From contig MCFE01000328.1 in NCBI GenBank assembly GCA_002104905.1, positions 1 to 64,000 of the forward strand: a stretch of 64,000 nucleotides of DNA. Reading direction: 5' to 3'. Numbering within the stretch: position 1 is the stretch's first letter; every line of letters starts with the position of its first letter. The stretch comes from Basidiobolus meristosporus CBS 931.73. Its lineage: Eukaryota; Fungi; Basidiobolomycota. The position numbers were made by a program, and so were the translations under genes. Under the pieces are notes generated by a model. The model ran no database searches, was not told the origin of the DNA, and saw only the letters and a program-made list of their open reading frames with translations. Positions 24,873 to 37,700 of the stretch are shown in pieces.

Positions 24873-25109
24873 TTTTTATTTTCCAACCATATTTACAGCG
24901 GATGTTGTGATTTTATTTTCCAACCATATTAAGAGGGTATTCTGCTACTTCGATAGATAGGTAGCTGATTGCGATCGGCTATCAGATCCTGATCCTCTTG
25001 TGATATCCACAGCTATTGAAATAAAGGGAAAATAACTATTTAAAGTTTAACCGGTCGATGTATTAGTTGCTGTAGCCTATCTATAATTCGCCTTGCTTGT
25101 CCACTACTT

Positions 25110-26822
25110 TTACTTGGGATGGTGGTACTGGAGCTGGATATCCTCCAGGAACTGGTTCGACAGTTGGCCCCAATCCTCACTCGAGTTGATCTTTAGAAAC
25201 ACCAGGTTCAAGCACCTCTGCATCAGCTTCTTGACAACCGTCTCGCTCACATACCAGTTGTTGTCGAACTCCAGGTGGGTCAACTCTGTACTCCACATGA
25301 TAAGTCCGTTGATGACCGAGTCGCTGACCCTCCAGCCAGGTAATCCGAGCTCTTTCAGACGGGAGCCAGACTTTCTCAGGTACGGGAATAGGCTGGTGGG
25401 GTCCATGGTGGACCCCTTGGTGGAAGGTCGGGCAAGCACCAGATTCTCGAGAGAGCGCAGGTGGAGACACACCGCTCGTAGTGCCTTCTCCGTAAGCAGT
25501 GGACTCCGTATGTATAGTGATTTCAACTGGGAGCCGTAACACCTGGCGATTTCCATGACCGCCTCATCGGAGGTATTCACGTCAATCAGCTTCAAATACC
25601 TCAAATTTGGACTGCTTTCGACTATGGCCAGGTCGGTGCCGAACGGAAATCTGGTGAACGAAAGGCTCAGCGAGTACAATTTCCGACCAATCGCATTAAA
25701 GAACCCCTTCCAAATGTCGAGGGAGATCCCTTCCGTGTCGTACAGGAAGGACATGTCTAAGCGTCGGAGATTTAACACCGGATACCCGGTGATTTCTTTG
25801 AGCAACGCTTCTGTGAAGCAGATATCTCGCAGGGTTAGGTTCCGAAGCTCCCCGAACGACCGCCAAAGACTCAGGGTCCAGCTGGATGGGATCCCTTTCA
25901 CGCTTTTCCCGCCGGGCTTCAGTACTAGATGATGTAGCTCCCGTATAATACTCTGGGTAGATGGGTTTTCCAAGCACGCGAATTGTTCGGGCTCAACCTT
26001 TTCGAATTCAAACTCTACTTCTCGAAGATCTCTGCATCTCTTACTAAGTATATGCACCAGCTCTCTGGGAGGGGACTTGGCCTTGAATCGCAGCCGCTTT
26101 AGGTTAGGAAGATGGGATAGCAGGGTCGTGACGAACTCCGAATCCAACAAGTTCCCGTCGATATCTAGGGATTTGACACTGGCCGCGTCTGGCAGCTCAA
26201 GAGGAATGCTGGTCCTGACCAAGTCCGCGTCGGTCACATGGATCTCCAGGTGCTCCAGTTTGTGACAATTGTTGAAGATCGAGCCAAGGAAGTGCACCCC
26301 TTTGTCACACCCCGACATCGCAATGCGAGATATCCTGGTGACCTTTTGCAGTGAAGTGGTCATGGAATAGAGCAGCTCTTGCTCGCTGAAGTCCGTTTCG
26401 GAAGACAGATGGATTTGTCTCAGGTTGGGAAGAAATCGCACCAAACCATCCGCGTAGCATAGCATGTTGCTAGCATTCCGATGAAATCTAAGGGTCAATA
26501 CCAGCCTTGCGACTGCGATGAATGGCGGCGTCCAGTAGTAGGTTAGTAACGTATGGAGTCAATTCTCTCGTTAGTCCACTTTACCTTCTCGATTTTGAAC
26601 AATCTGCTGTCTGAATTGGCGGAACTCTCGATGGCTCTTGAATACCGGGGCTCTCCATAAGATCGGCATTGTGGAGATATACCAGTCCCGGTTCACTAAG
26701 CAGAAGGTGGCTAATGCCCGACTATCTTTCTCCAGTATACTCATCACCTTGGTGACAACCGCGGGGTCATACAGGTCCTCATCCAAGGGGCGTATGAAGG
26801 ATTTGGATTTTATAGCTCCCAT
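25110..26822 (-). CDS. F-box-like / leucine-rich-repeat (RNI-like) protein, about 546 aa
   Basis: Exons 26822-26585 and 26512-25110 (intron GTAAAG...CTAAC...CAG). F-box-like LATFCLVNRDWY...ILW and repeated LxxLxL units (LPNLRQIHL, LPNLKRLRF, LRNLTL, LENLVL). Confidence 0.82.
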
Positions 26823-27699
26823 TACGCACGTTACTTGGTCAAAAAATCGTAGTGACCCTGGCCGCGGCGTCTGCTTTTATTGCTATTCACTTCCACTGTT
26901 CGCTTTCGTTATTTTACCAAGAATGGTGCCCATTAATCACCTTCATATACTAGAATAATGCCCCGACAAAAGGATACATGATCATAATCATGACAATCCA
27001 ACATCTATTTATCACGCATTCCCTTCGCCCATTGTGTCCCCGCACCGTTGTTAATCCAACCTTCCTCATTTTGAGCTTTGGGGAGATATGTGGGGGTGTC
27101 GATTCCCAACCTCACAATAGGAGTTATCTCAACCATGCATCATCATTATCCCCATCAGGTGATATAAACCCTTGGCTTTCCTTCACTACTCGTACTGAAC
27201 ACAGTACTTCGCCCATATCCATTCGAATGAATTCCGCCCAGGATGCACAATACCGGTGAGTTAGAGATCACATAACTTGTGCGAACTGACCCCTTATCGT
27301 TGGGTGTTAATCGATGTATATTCATTCCATTGAAAAGACCAAATAGCGTCGTTGCCGAAGAGATCAGGACTTGTGAAGCCAGAAAAACTATGTTTGCTAT
27401 TTTAATGAGATAGACGATGGCGAGTCACATAAGAATAAACCTGTGTAAAAGCCATTTACTAAATAGCAAAAGCAGAACCATTGGTAAATAGTGAAGAAAT
27501 ATGGATGTTCAGGAAAATTTCGATTTCGCTTGTCTAGTGATCTCCACGCCTGCCAAGTTCATCCTTCCACACGATCTGCAAAAAATCCACATGCCAATTT
27601 GCCTTCGTCTGATGATGGTTGGTTTATTTGGATTTCCATGAAAGCTCGATTCAACAAATCTGCATACATGTCAAGTCGATAGGTGTATATTGAGTCTCA

Positions 27700-27867
27700 G
27701 ATCAATAGCTTCAGTAGTAGCCGTAAAATGGGCGGCATTGGCAGGGGACACATTACAGGCATCTTGACTCCGATTACCAGCAGCAACGATGAAAGTTACT
27801 CTAGCGTTGACAGTAGCATTCACTACTTACTGTTACCACCGCAAAGGGGCTTGTTGGCCATACTCTT
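27700..27867 (-). pseudogene. Older diverged subtilisin catalytic-domain remnant
   Basis: Collinear with 29050-29229 (VANMSLGGG to AFAVGAT) at visibly lower identity than the adjacent propeptide copy. Confidence 0.75.
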
Positions 27868-28272
27868 GTGAATACCTGCTCTACCTCGACGTACTCAACA
27901 TCTCCGTGAGCCTTGAGCTCAGAAACCAACCCTTGGCAGTGTGTGTCGGCATAGGCGTTGAAGCTCTCCAAGGAGAACTTGTTCTTGAGCTCATTCTTCA
28001 GCCCATTGTTGCCACTACGACCATGGTTGTATTGGTCAAGCTTGGTCTTCAAGAACTGGTCAACTGCAGCAAACAATGGCAAGCATCAGTTAGAATATCC
28101 AGTTACATCAGTCCAGCCGTAGTAATGGGCTCATACCTTTGTTGGAGTCAGCACCTTCCTTGATTTTGACGATGTACTTGTTGGCGACATCGACAATTTG
28201 GGCCTCGGTCAGCTGGGCAGTCAAGAAATTGGTAACTACGGAGCCCAGAGTGAAAACGCGGAAATTAACCAT
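27801..28272 (-). CDS. Truncated subtilisin duplicate: signal peptide plus I9 propeptide only, 132 aa (functional inhibitor or pseudogene)
   Basis: Exons 28272-28137 and 28063-27801, same intron as the intact gene, about 95% identical to 30021-29619. At about 27868 it joins an older diverged catalytic-domain piece out of frame. Confidence 0.55.
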
Positions 28273-28757
28273 CTTTGATAACCGGTATTTTTTATCATAT
28301 GACATGTGCCGGGTCAGCACATGCAGTATTAGAAAGCTGGAATACTTCTATTTCTAAGGTCTTGAGAACAATGCTGCAAAGGTCGATACGGTATCTGCTA
28401 ATGCATATCAGTAGCATAAACAAACGATCGTTGATCCTATCCATATATCTGGAAAGAGGGTGAGATTTTTCATTGCGCGATCGAACAACTTTCCTAATAT
28501 ATTGACTTCGCATGCAAGACGTCCAAGCGACCAAATTTATGATTGACCTCGGCCATTTTCACCTGTTAGCTGGAAATTACCCACCCATTGGTTGATCTGA
28601 CTGAGATGTTGCAATAAAATTACGATCATAAATGATTACCAAATAGGGCGACTATCCACAACGACCGATGGTATTAAAAAAATCCTGGTAATGTAGGCAA
28701 TGTGGCTTTATTCACTAACTTGGATTGTGGCGTGATACGATAGTGATAACGATTGAT

Positions 28758-30021
28758 TTACTGGTTGGAGTTGAATACCAAAAGGTTGGGGGTGGTGCCC
28801 TTCAATCCGGTGATGACATCCTTGGTGGCCTTGGTTTGAAGTGCCGTGTAGACTTCAGCTGGGGTATTCAAGCCACCTTGAGACAGGTACAAGGCTGCAA
28901 CACCAGCTACATGTGGACTAGCCATGCTGGTGCCAGAGATCTTCTTGGATGCGTTGGTGCCTCCAATCCAAGCAGAAGTGATGTCCTGGCCTGGGGCAAA
29001 GATCTTCACGCACTTGTCATAGTTACTGAAGCTAGCCGAGGTATCAGTACTAGTAGTGGCTCCAACAGCGAACGCGTCGGCGGCATTGGCAGGAGACACA
29101 TTGCAAGCATCTTGGTTCTCATTACCAGCAGCCACAATGAAGGTAACCCCAGCCTTGACAGCAGCATTCACAGCCTGCTTCAAGGCCTCACTGTTACCGC
29201 CACCAAGGGACATGTTGGCCACACTCTTGCGACCACTCTTCTTGGCTTGCTCAGCAACCCAGTTAACTCCGGAGATGACTCCGGAGGTAGTGCCACTTCC
29301 ACTGCCACTCAGCACCTTGACTCCAATGAGCTTAGCCTTCTTGGCCACACCGTAGGTGTTGCCACCGACAGTGCCTGACACATGAGTGCCGTGACCATTG
29401 AGATCATCGTTGGCCTCACCAGTGATGAAGCTCACTGGGAGGGTGGCTCTGCCTCCGAAGTCAACGTGCTTGACATTGATACCAGTATCGATGACATACA
29501 CATCAACACCCTCACCAGCCGAGTCGGGGTAGTTGTATGGGGCACTGAGGTCACGGGCACGCTGAGAGATTCTTGGAAGGCCCCAACTTGGCGGGTTTGT
29601 CTGAATCCCGGAGATGGTGAATACCTGCTCAGCTTCGACATACTCAACATCTCCGTGAGCCTTGAGCTCGGAGACCAATCCTTGGCTGAGTGTGCCGGCA
29701 TAGGCGTTGAAGCTCTCCAAGGAGAACTTGTTCTTGAGCTCATTCTTCAGCCCATTGTTGCCACTACGACCACGGTTGTATTGGTCAAGCTTGGTCTTCA
29801 AGAACTGGTCAACTGCAGCAAACAATGGCAAGCATCAGTTAGAATATCCAGTCACAACAGTCCAGCCGTAGTAATGGGCTCATACCCTTGTTGGAGTCAG
29901 CACCTTCCTTGATTTTGACGATGTACTTGTTGGCGACATCGACGATTTGGGCCTCGGTCAGCTGGGCAGTCAAGAGAATGGCAACTAAGGAACCAAGAGT
30001 AAAAGTGCGGAAATTGACCAT
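28758..30021 (-). CDS. Secreted subtilisin-like serine protease (S8A, proteinase K-like) with I9 propeptide, 396 aa
   Basis: Exons 30021-29886 and 29812-28758; catalytic triad VYVIDTG, NGHGTHVSG, SGTSMASPHVAG; oxyanion AAGN. Confidence 0.95.
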
Positions 30022-30989
30022 GATACAAAAGAGAGTCCAGAAGTGATGATACTCCGTGAAGTGCGGTTACCTGCTTTTATATGTCCGGTGGAAAGTGTGC
30101 TAGTCGATTCTAGTGGCTTTTCTTAAATAGTTTGCATCATCGAATACTGCCATGAAAGCCGGATTTGGTACCGTTGGGAACTTCTTTACCCATGATTATC
30201 TAAAATCATAGTTCGAAGTGATCTGTCGTGTCTTTCCCATGAACACCTTTCTAACGTGAAGTCGTCCCGTGTGCTATGAAACCAGTATGGTATGCTATTG
30301 TATTAGAGATCTGGAAAGCTGTAGTGGTCACCTGTTCTTGAGCTTTGAGCAGGTTATCAGGAAATGTTTATGTATCCGACCGTATATCAGAAGATCTTTT
30401 CCATATTTCGATCATGAATGTGAAGATACCGTGAGGACAGTCAGATCATGCCTCCCTTCTTCGTTGCAAGCAGTGCCTAGGATTAAACGATGGTGTGATG
30501 GGATTCTAATGAAGAGTTTCCCACAAAATATCCGTGATCACGGTAAGCTTCAAGTAGCCCAGAACCATCCCCATGGTAAGAATGCAACCGGTTCTGGTGC
30601 TGAGTATGCGAAAATCGTTGCCGATCTTTACCATGTTTCCGGAAAGCCAACCTGAATTGCCCCGGATGTCACCAAACTGTCCTAATGTGTAGTGATTGCA
30701 CACTAGATGTCTGAATGACGAAGTATTAGATTGCCCTAATGATTCCCACCACTCTATTACGCTCCCAAATCTTGTCCCTCATTGAACTACAGAAAGGCTG
30801 ACCCACGAATCCAGTGACATGATTCGAACAAAGACATGTTGTTGGTGCCAGCCGTCAGGAATTCTTAAAACCTCTTCGTTAACTCATCACGAGATGTGAT
30901 ACGCACTTCGGCCCAGATTCATTTGTGTTGAGTATCATTTAAAACGTGACTTCATTCCTTATTATACTGATACTAATTGCCCATTCCTT

Positions 30990-31373
30990 GACTGATTCGA
31001 TTTGAAACACCAAAAGTTGGGGGGGGGTGGTGCATTTCAATCCAGTAATGGCATTCTTGATGGCCTTGGCTTGAAGTGCCGAGCAGACTTCTGCTGGGGT
31101 GCTTAAGCCACCTTGAGACAGGTACATGGCTAGAACGCCAGCTACATGTGGACTAGCCATGCTGGTGCTAGAGATCTTCTTGGGTGCGTTGGTGCCTCCA
31201 ATCCAAGCAGAGGTGATGTCCTGGCCTGGGGTAAAGGTCTTCACGCACTTGCCATAGTTGCTGAAGCTAGCCGAGGTGTCAGTACTGGTAGTGGCTCCAA
31301 CAGCGAACACGTCGGCGGCATTGGCAGGTGGTATGTTGTAGACGTCTCGACTCTCATTACCAGCAGCAATGAT
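30990..31373 (-). pseudogene. 3'-only subtilisin fragment
   Basis: IAAGNESRD...SSTSMASPHVAGV...QLLVF matches the last third of the intact gene. It lacks signal, propeptide and catalytic Asp and His, and is joined to unrelated sequence at about 31374. Confidence 0.85.
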
Positions 31374-31437
31374 GGGTAAGTTGTCGGATCGGGCTAATTT
31401 ATAACCTTTGGCTGGCTTCGGTGAGAAACAGGGTTCT

Positions 31438-31473
31438 CCCAAAATTCGACCCAAAATTCGACCCAAAATTCGA
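31438..31473. repeat. 12-bp tandem repeat CCCAAAATTCGA x3
   Basis: Read directly at 31438-31473. Confidence 0.9.
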
Positions 31474-32799
31474 ACCGGAGGGTCACGTCCCTCTGGGAAC
31501 CCTCGCCGGTCCTTTCCAAACTTGGGAACGGAGGGGTGAATACCGCAGGCTTCTTTCCATCGGTCGATATGAAATATCCCCCATCGCCGTGGCGGTCGAT
31601 CCGGTAAATACCAGCACATGTCGCTGGTATTTGTTGCATGTGGGGCAACCTCACCCGGCACGAGGAGCTCCCAAAGCCGCCAGTTGTCTAGCGGTCAGCC
31701 AAAAGGATCTTCAAATCTCGAAATCCATCACTTTGTAACTGTTGATGTTGCACCATTACTTGGAGTCTGCAGTTATTTCGTTGGCTTGATCTGTGCCAGA
31801 ACTCGTGACTCATCTAGCTCCGAGATCTTCGAAACTCCTGGCCTTTCCTGCGGTACGCAAAGCAGTTGTAATTCTTGTCTGGTTGTGCGAAGGTACGCTT
31901 GGCCTTCTTACGCTGATGATGTTTCACCTGGGAAGCTTGACCATGCTTGGGAAAAAGAAACCCCCACTCGGAATCATTTCTACTAGTCATATCGGGCCGA
32001 AAATCGGCTTAGTGACGGTGTTGATATTGCACATTATCCAATTCGCATAGCTTTGGCGTGCTTAGTGAGCTGGTTCGAGCTCTGGCCAAGCTATGCACAT
32101 GCTCATCGTACCTGGCGTTATTGCCTGGATGGGGTCATCTCACTGATCAATATTTACAATTTACCATGGTTCAATTGGTGATTTCTCCCTGGCATAAAAT
32201 CACACCTTGGTATCACAAAATAAAGCCATAGGTCAGCTGTCCATTGCAAAGCACCCAAAATTCACGTAGAAGGTACTTCTGGCGGAATCTGGCATCAATT
32301 GCTTCTAACCCAAGGTGGAGACAGTTGTAACAAGAACTTCAACCACTTCCACGCTTGGTAGAGAAGCTGGTAGGCAACTGGAGGTGAAGGGATAATTCAT
32401 CTGACTTTGGATCTATAATCTTAATTGGCCTTGGAAAGTTCTGTAATGCAGATTAGAAGTGTTGTAAATTATGTAATCTTGCCTCTTCTGCAAAATTCTC
32501 ACACCTTGCTATTGTTGTACATACAACTTAGGCATTTTAATCATAGGCTATGAATCATGATATTGTATGTCTGGATTCTTTATTTGTACTTAGTTTGATT
32601 ATCACTCCAAAATACCAAACATTAAAGATATGAAAATGCACCAGGTGGTCAAAAGGCCCCCAAGCTTTGCACATATGCACTTGAGACCTTACTGAGTAAA
32701 TCTTGTGTACTTGTCTAACTAAAGCCATGTAATGAACCAAGTGTAAACACCACTTTGACACTTGGCAAATCATTAAGTAAGTATCACATGTCCAATAGG

Positions 32800-34440
32800 T
32801 CACATAAGCAGTTCTAATTTCTTCAGAACCCTTACAAGTAGGTATTCCCTACAGTTGTAACTAGACTTGTTTTGTTGAAAACTGCAGCTTTTTTGTCTTG
32901 CTTCTTGGTCTCTGGTCTGGGTAGACTTTTGCTTCCTCACCTTTACCATTGGCATTGCCAAGTCTTTCACCACTACTTTAACTAAGTACTTCTTATATTG
33001 TATTATGTTTTCTCCTTGATGAATGCTGCACTGATGCATCTGTTTTTGCCTGCTTGTCCTTGCTGGCACTCTCTAGCAAACTGATGTTTCTTTGCTGCAT
33101 GCCTGGAGCTTTCCACCCTGCTTGTGATGGATTTATGAGAATGCTGTGGGGTTTTATCACTGTCAAGTCCTTCACTGCTACTATAACTCAGTGCTTATAG
33201 TAACCAGACATATCTTTGCTGCTTGTTTTGCACATTCAGCCTGACTAGTGAGAGGCCCCTGCAAAAGCTGCAGGTTTCTATCACTGCCAGTTCCTTCATT
33301 GCTGCTTTGACTGAGCGCTTCTTGCATTGTACCACATTCTTTCCTTGATGCCTGCTGCACTGATGAGTAAGTTTATGCCTGTTTGCACCTTACTGACACA
33401 CTTCTGGCTACCTGACATTCCTTTGCCACTTGTTTAGAGCTTTCAGCCCTGCTTCTGACAGGTTCTTGAGGAAGCTACTTGTTTTTAGCCATGGCACCCT
33501 TACTCTTCTGCCCTTGATAGTCTCTGCTATTCTTAAGATGCTTTCTTAGCATACCAATGCTGGCCCAAATACTGTTTGCTTACTTGAATCCGTAATAATG
33601 TTCATGGAACAGGTAAGGTGCTTTCTGCTTGGCCTTGAGTTCCTGATGTTCCTATGTTATGCCAGCCTTGAGGTGATGCAAAGCTAGACTTCTAATACCC
33701 ACTAAAATATTAGCCAACTTTTCATCATTGCACTCAGCAACATCATAGATATTTAATGTATTTTCACTTTTAGGCTTGGGTGTGAACACCACAGTCACTC
33801 CCTCCCCTTAAATGATAGGTTTTTCTGTGGGCATTATCTTTGTGCACTTTTGTTGTGCTTCAAATACCGCACAGTATTCCTTTGCAGCTACATCAGGACA
33901 TGGGTCAATTATTGGCTGTGACCTTGAGCTACTTGAGTTCCTTTGTTGTAGCCTAGATAATGCTTTCTCTACCTTGGATATTGATTGCTCTACATGTATT
34001 ATCCACTCATCCTGTCTCTGGACGATTTCCTGATTTCTGTGGTCCATTGCATCTATTCCATCAGCCAGTGCACCTAATTGCCTCAGTAATGCCTAGATAT
34101 CAGCTGACAGCATACTTGATAATACTGGTAGTGGTGATGCTATGTCAGTTGTTTGCTGGTCTTGCTCTGGCAGTACTGGGCTTGAGCCATTCTCATCTCC
34201 AGGAGCATTGTGGTCAGCTAGCTGCTCTGAAGACACTCTCATTTGCCTACTTGACTTAGAGCCTGAGGAGCTCACATTATTAGCTTCAGTGTGCACACTG
34301 CCAACATGGCCTTGTTTGGATTTAGCCCTGCTTGTTGCACTGAATGTGAGAGCAAGCTGTTGTCTAACCATTTCTCTGCTATTGTTTGTGGTGGGGCTTG
34401 GTTGGCAACCAAACAACTTTGATTTGCTTTCTGGTGGCAT
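32800..34440 (-). mobile_element. Decayed accessory ORF (ORF-A) of a CACTA-like element, inverted copy
   Basis: MPPESKSKLFGCQPSP... at 34440 is homologous to MPPKNKAKLSGSQPNP at 35668; many stops; internal repeats of about 200 bp. Confidence 0.75.
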
Positions 34441-34731
34441 ATATATGGCAGTAAGTGAAACCATATGGGAAATAGCTTACGTATGTGTGTGGAAAGGGAA
34501 AGCAATCCCTCATCAATAAATCATCCCTTCTATCAGTAACACTTCTATCTTATTGATTAGCAGTTGATCACTGCACCTGCCTTCAACAGTACATCTCAGA
34601 CCTGCCATCAAGGAGCTTTTCAGGGTAGTGCACAAGACACACAGAGGCCTTTGGAGACACTTGGAGCACCTAGGAAGCTAGAGAAGCAGGAGCTTTTACC
34701 ATAGTGACATATTGACAAAGACACCAGCAGT

Positions 34732-37700
34732 TTAGACACAGAGGTTATTGCACCCATCAGACACCTCACACACCTTGAGTTGTGTAGCTTCTCCCAGGAG
34801 TACCTCTACACCACCACACCGCATGACGGTTGTCCACTTGTACCATGTACATGGTAAGTTGCATCCTGGTATGATTTTGGCAAGAAGTAGTAATAAATCC
34901 TCAAAGCCCCCATTACTGATATTAGTGGAAATGCGCCACTTCTCTGGCCACAACATCACATCATTCACCAACAGATGGATTACTGGGCTCACTTGGCTCC
35001 ATAAAGTATCCTTGGCATTTGTCTCAATGGGTGTTGTCTCATTGCATATAGGGATTTGACCGGGCTCATTCATGGTACTGTTGTTAGGGGAGATAGGCTC
35101 AAAATTCATCAGTGAATCTTCTTTGTCAGAGCTATCACTCTGCGCACCATATTCAAAAGGCTGAGGTGAGCCTAAAGGTGTCACAAACTCACCTGATTCA
35201 GTTTGCGCAAGGTGACAAATATGGCCAGGTGCCAATATAGAAGTATCAACTGGCCGGCAAGATAATGTTGGTACAGTAGTGACTGATGAATGGTCAAATA
35301 TGACTTGGGTGGCAAGACACTGGCTGTGATCCTTGCAATACTTCCTATGCTGTCTGCATGCTTCATGGCTGAGAGGCTTGCCACAATAGCCACATGGTCT
35401 TTTTTCTCTTCTCTTACGGCGTTGAGTCAAAGTAGTCTTGTCCATGGGGCAAACAGTTTGACCTTCAGCAATGTAACACTATTATATCACTTTTTGGTCA
35501 ATACTCATGTGAACTTAAGACAGTCTTATATTTGAGACATTGCACTTACATGAATGTAAGATTCAATGATGAATTGCCATAGTAAGCATTATAAATAAAG
35601 TTGTGGCACCACATACACACATATATGTAACCCTATTTCCCCTTTGGTTTGACTCACTTCCATATATATGCCACCAAAAAATAAAGCAAAGTTGTCTGGT
35701 TCTCAACCAAACCCCACTGCTGACGGCAACAGAAGAACGGTTGGACAACAGCTTGCTTTGACATTCAGTGCAACAAGCAAGGCTACATCCAAAAAAGGCC
35801 CTGTGGACAGTGTGCCCATTGAAGGTAATAATGCGGACTCCTCAGGCTCTCAGTCAAGTAGGCAATTGAGAACCTCTGCGGAGCCACAAGCTGACCATTA
35901 TGCTCAGGCAGATGAGAATGTAGCAAATACAGTACCCTCTGTTGAAGATCAGCAAGTGGCCATGATAACTTCACCACCACCCATATTAGCAAGTATGTTG
36001 TCAGCTCATACCAAAGCATTAATGATGCAATTAGGTGCAGTGGCTGATAGGATAGATGCAATGGCCCAGAGAAATCAGGAAGTAGTCCAGAAACAAGATG
36101 AGCGGATAATACGTGTAGAGCAATCAATATCCCAGGTAGAGAAAGCAGTATCTGTGCTGCAAAGAAGGAACTCAAGTAGCTCAATGTCACAGCCAAGAAT
36201 TGAGCCATTTCCCAATGTAACAGCAGAGGAACACCATACAGTCTTTGAAGCACAACAACAGTGCCCAAAGATAAAGCTCACAGAAAAACCTATCACAGCA
36301 TGGGAGGGAGACAATGTGGTGTTTATACCAGAGCCTAAAAATCAAAAGACATTGAAGATCTGTGAAGCCATTGAGTGCAATAATGAAGAGTGGGCTAATA
36401 TACAAGAGGCTGTCAGAAGTCTAGCACACCATCACCTTAAGGCTGGCTGACCATGGGACCATCAGGAACTCAAGGCCAAGCAGAATGCACTTGACTTGTT
36501 CCATGAGCATTATCCTGGATTCAAACAGGCAAACAGATTTTGGGCCATCATTGGTATGCTAAGAAAGTATCTTAAGAATAGCAGAAACTATCAATGGCTG
36601 AAGAACAAGGGTGCCATGGCAAAAAACCAGTGGCTTCCTCAAGAGCCTATTACAAGCAGGGCCAAAAGCTCCAGAGAAGTGTCAAAGAGATGTCAGGCAG
36701 CTGGAAGAGTGCCAAGTAAGGACAAGTAGGCAGACATGTAGGCACCAGCACAGCATTTATCAAGGAAAAAGTGTAGTACCACTCAAGAAGCACCCAGTCA
36801 AAGTAGCAGTGAAGGACCTGGCAGTGATAAAAACCAGCCACTTTTACAGGAGCCATCACAACTACGGTTGAGAGCTCAAAACAAGCTGAAAAGAAATGTC
36901 AGGTTGCCAGAAGAGTGCCAGCAAGGGACAAGCAGGCCAAAACAGATGTGTCAGAGCAGAATTTATCCAGGAGAAAACGTAGTTCTTTACAAGAAGCACT
37001 CAGACAAAGTAGCAGTGAAAGACCAGGCAGTGATAAAGGAAAAGGTAAAGGGAAAGTGTATACCAAAGCCTGAGACAGGGAGGCATGCAAAAAAAACTGC
37101 AGTTCTTGCCAATTATTGCCGCAAGCCAGGAACAGACTGAATCCCATTATAGCCAAGAAGAATAACCAACAAGAAAACAGCTGTTTTTGCAAGAGTTGGA
37201 AGCGCAGCCAGTTGAGCTACACTCCAGCAAGGTAGATGAGTTTGCTGAAAAAGGCAATTTTTCTACCACAGTCACCACAGCCTCCATTGTTGACAGAGTG
37301 GAGATCCCACTGACAGAGAAGGCTACAAGGTTAAGAGCTCAAAAGACTATCACAATGCCTTCAGTGGAGTTTTGGAACATTAATAGGCACACCAAGAGGT
37401 TGCAGCACTTCTTCAAGAGCAGTGCTCAAGAAAATGCACTGGAATATTGCAAGGATTTATTGCAAAGACTGGCAGATGAGAATCTAGACCTTGCAGTGCC
37501 AGCTGAAGACCAGGACATGTGGGAAGCAGTGAATGAACAGTGGCATAAAGCTGTTGGGTTCCTACCAAAGTTGTGGAACCAGAGCATTACAGCAGAGATA
37601 CTTATTGAGTAGTAAATTTAATGGAGTTACTTGTTAAGTGTGGGGTTGGGCTTAATGTTAGTGTAGGGTATTGAGACTTATATAGGTCAATACAATTGAC

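Noticed and set aside
24863-24930. About 30-bp direct repeat spanning the GPI-protein stop codon
   Set aside because: Real but most likely a trivial local slippage duplication.
28725-29912. Long plus-strand ORFs opposite the subtilisin
   Set aside because: Antisense shadows caused by the biased codon usage of the protease.
30130-30700. Stop-riddled protein-like minus frame upstream of the subtilisin
   Set aside because: No recognisable family; cannot be distinguished from chance.
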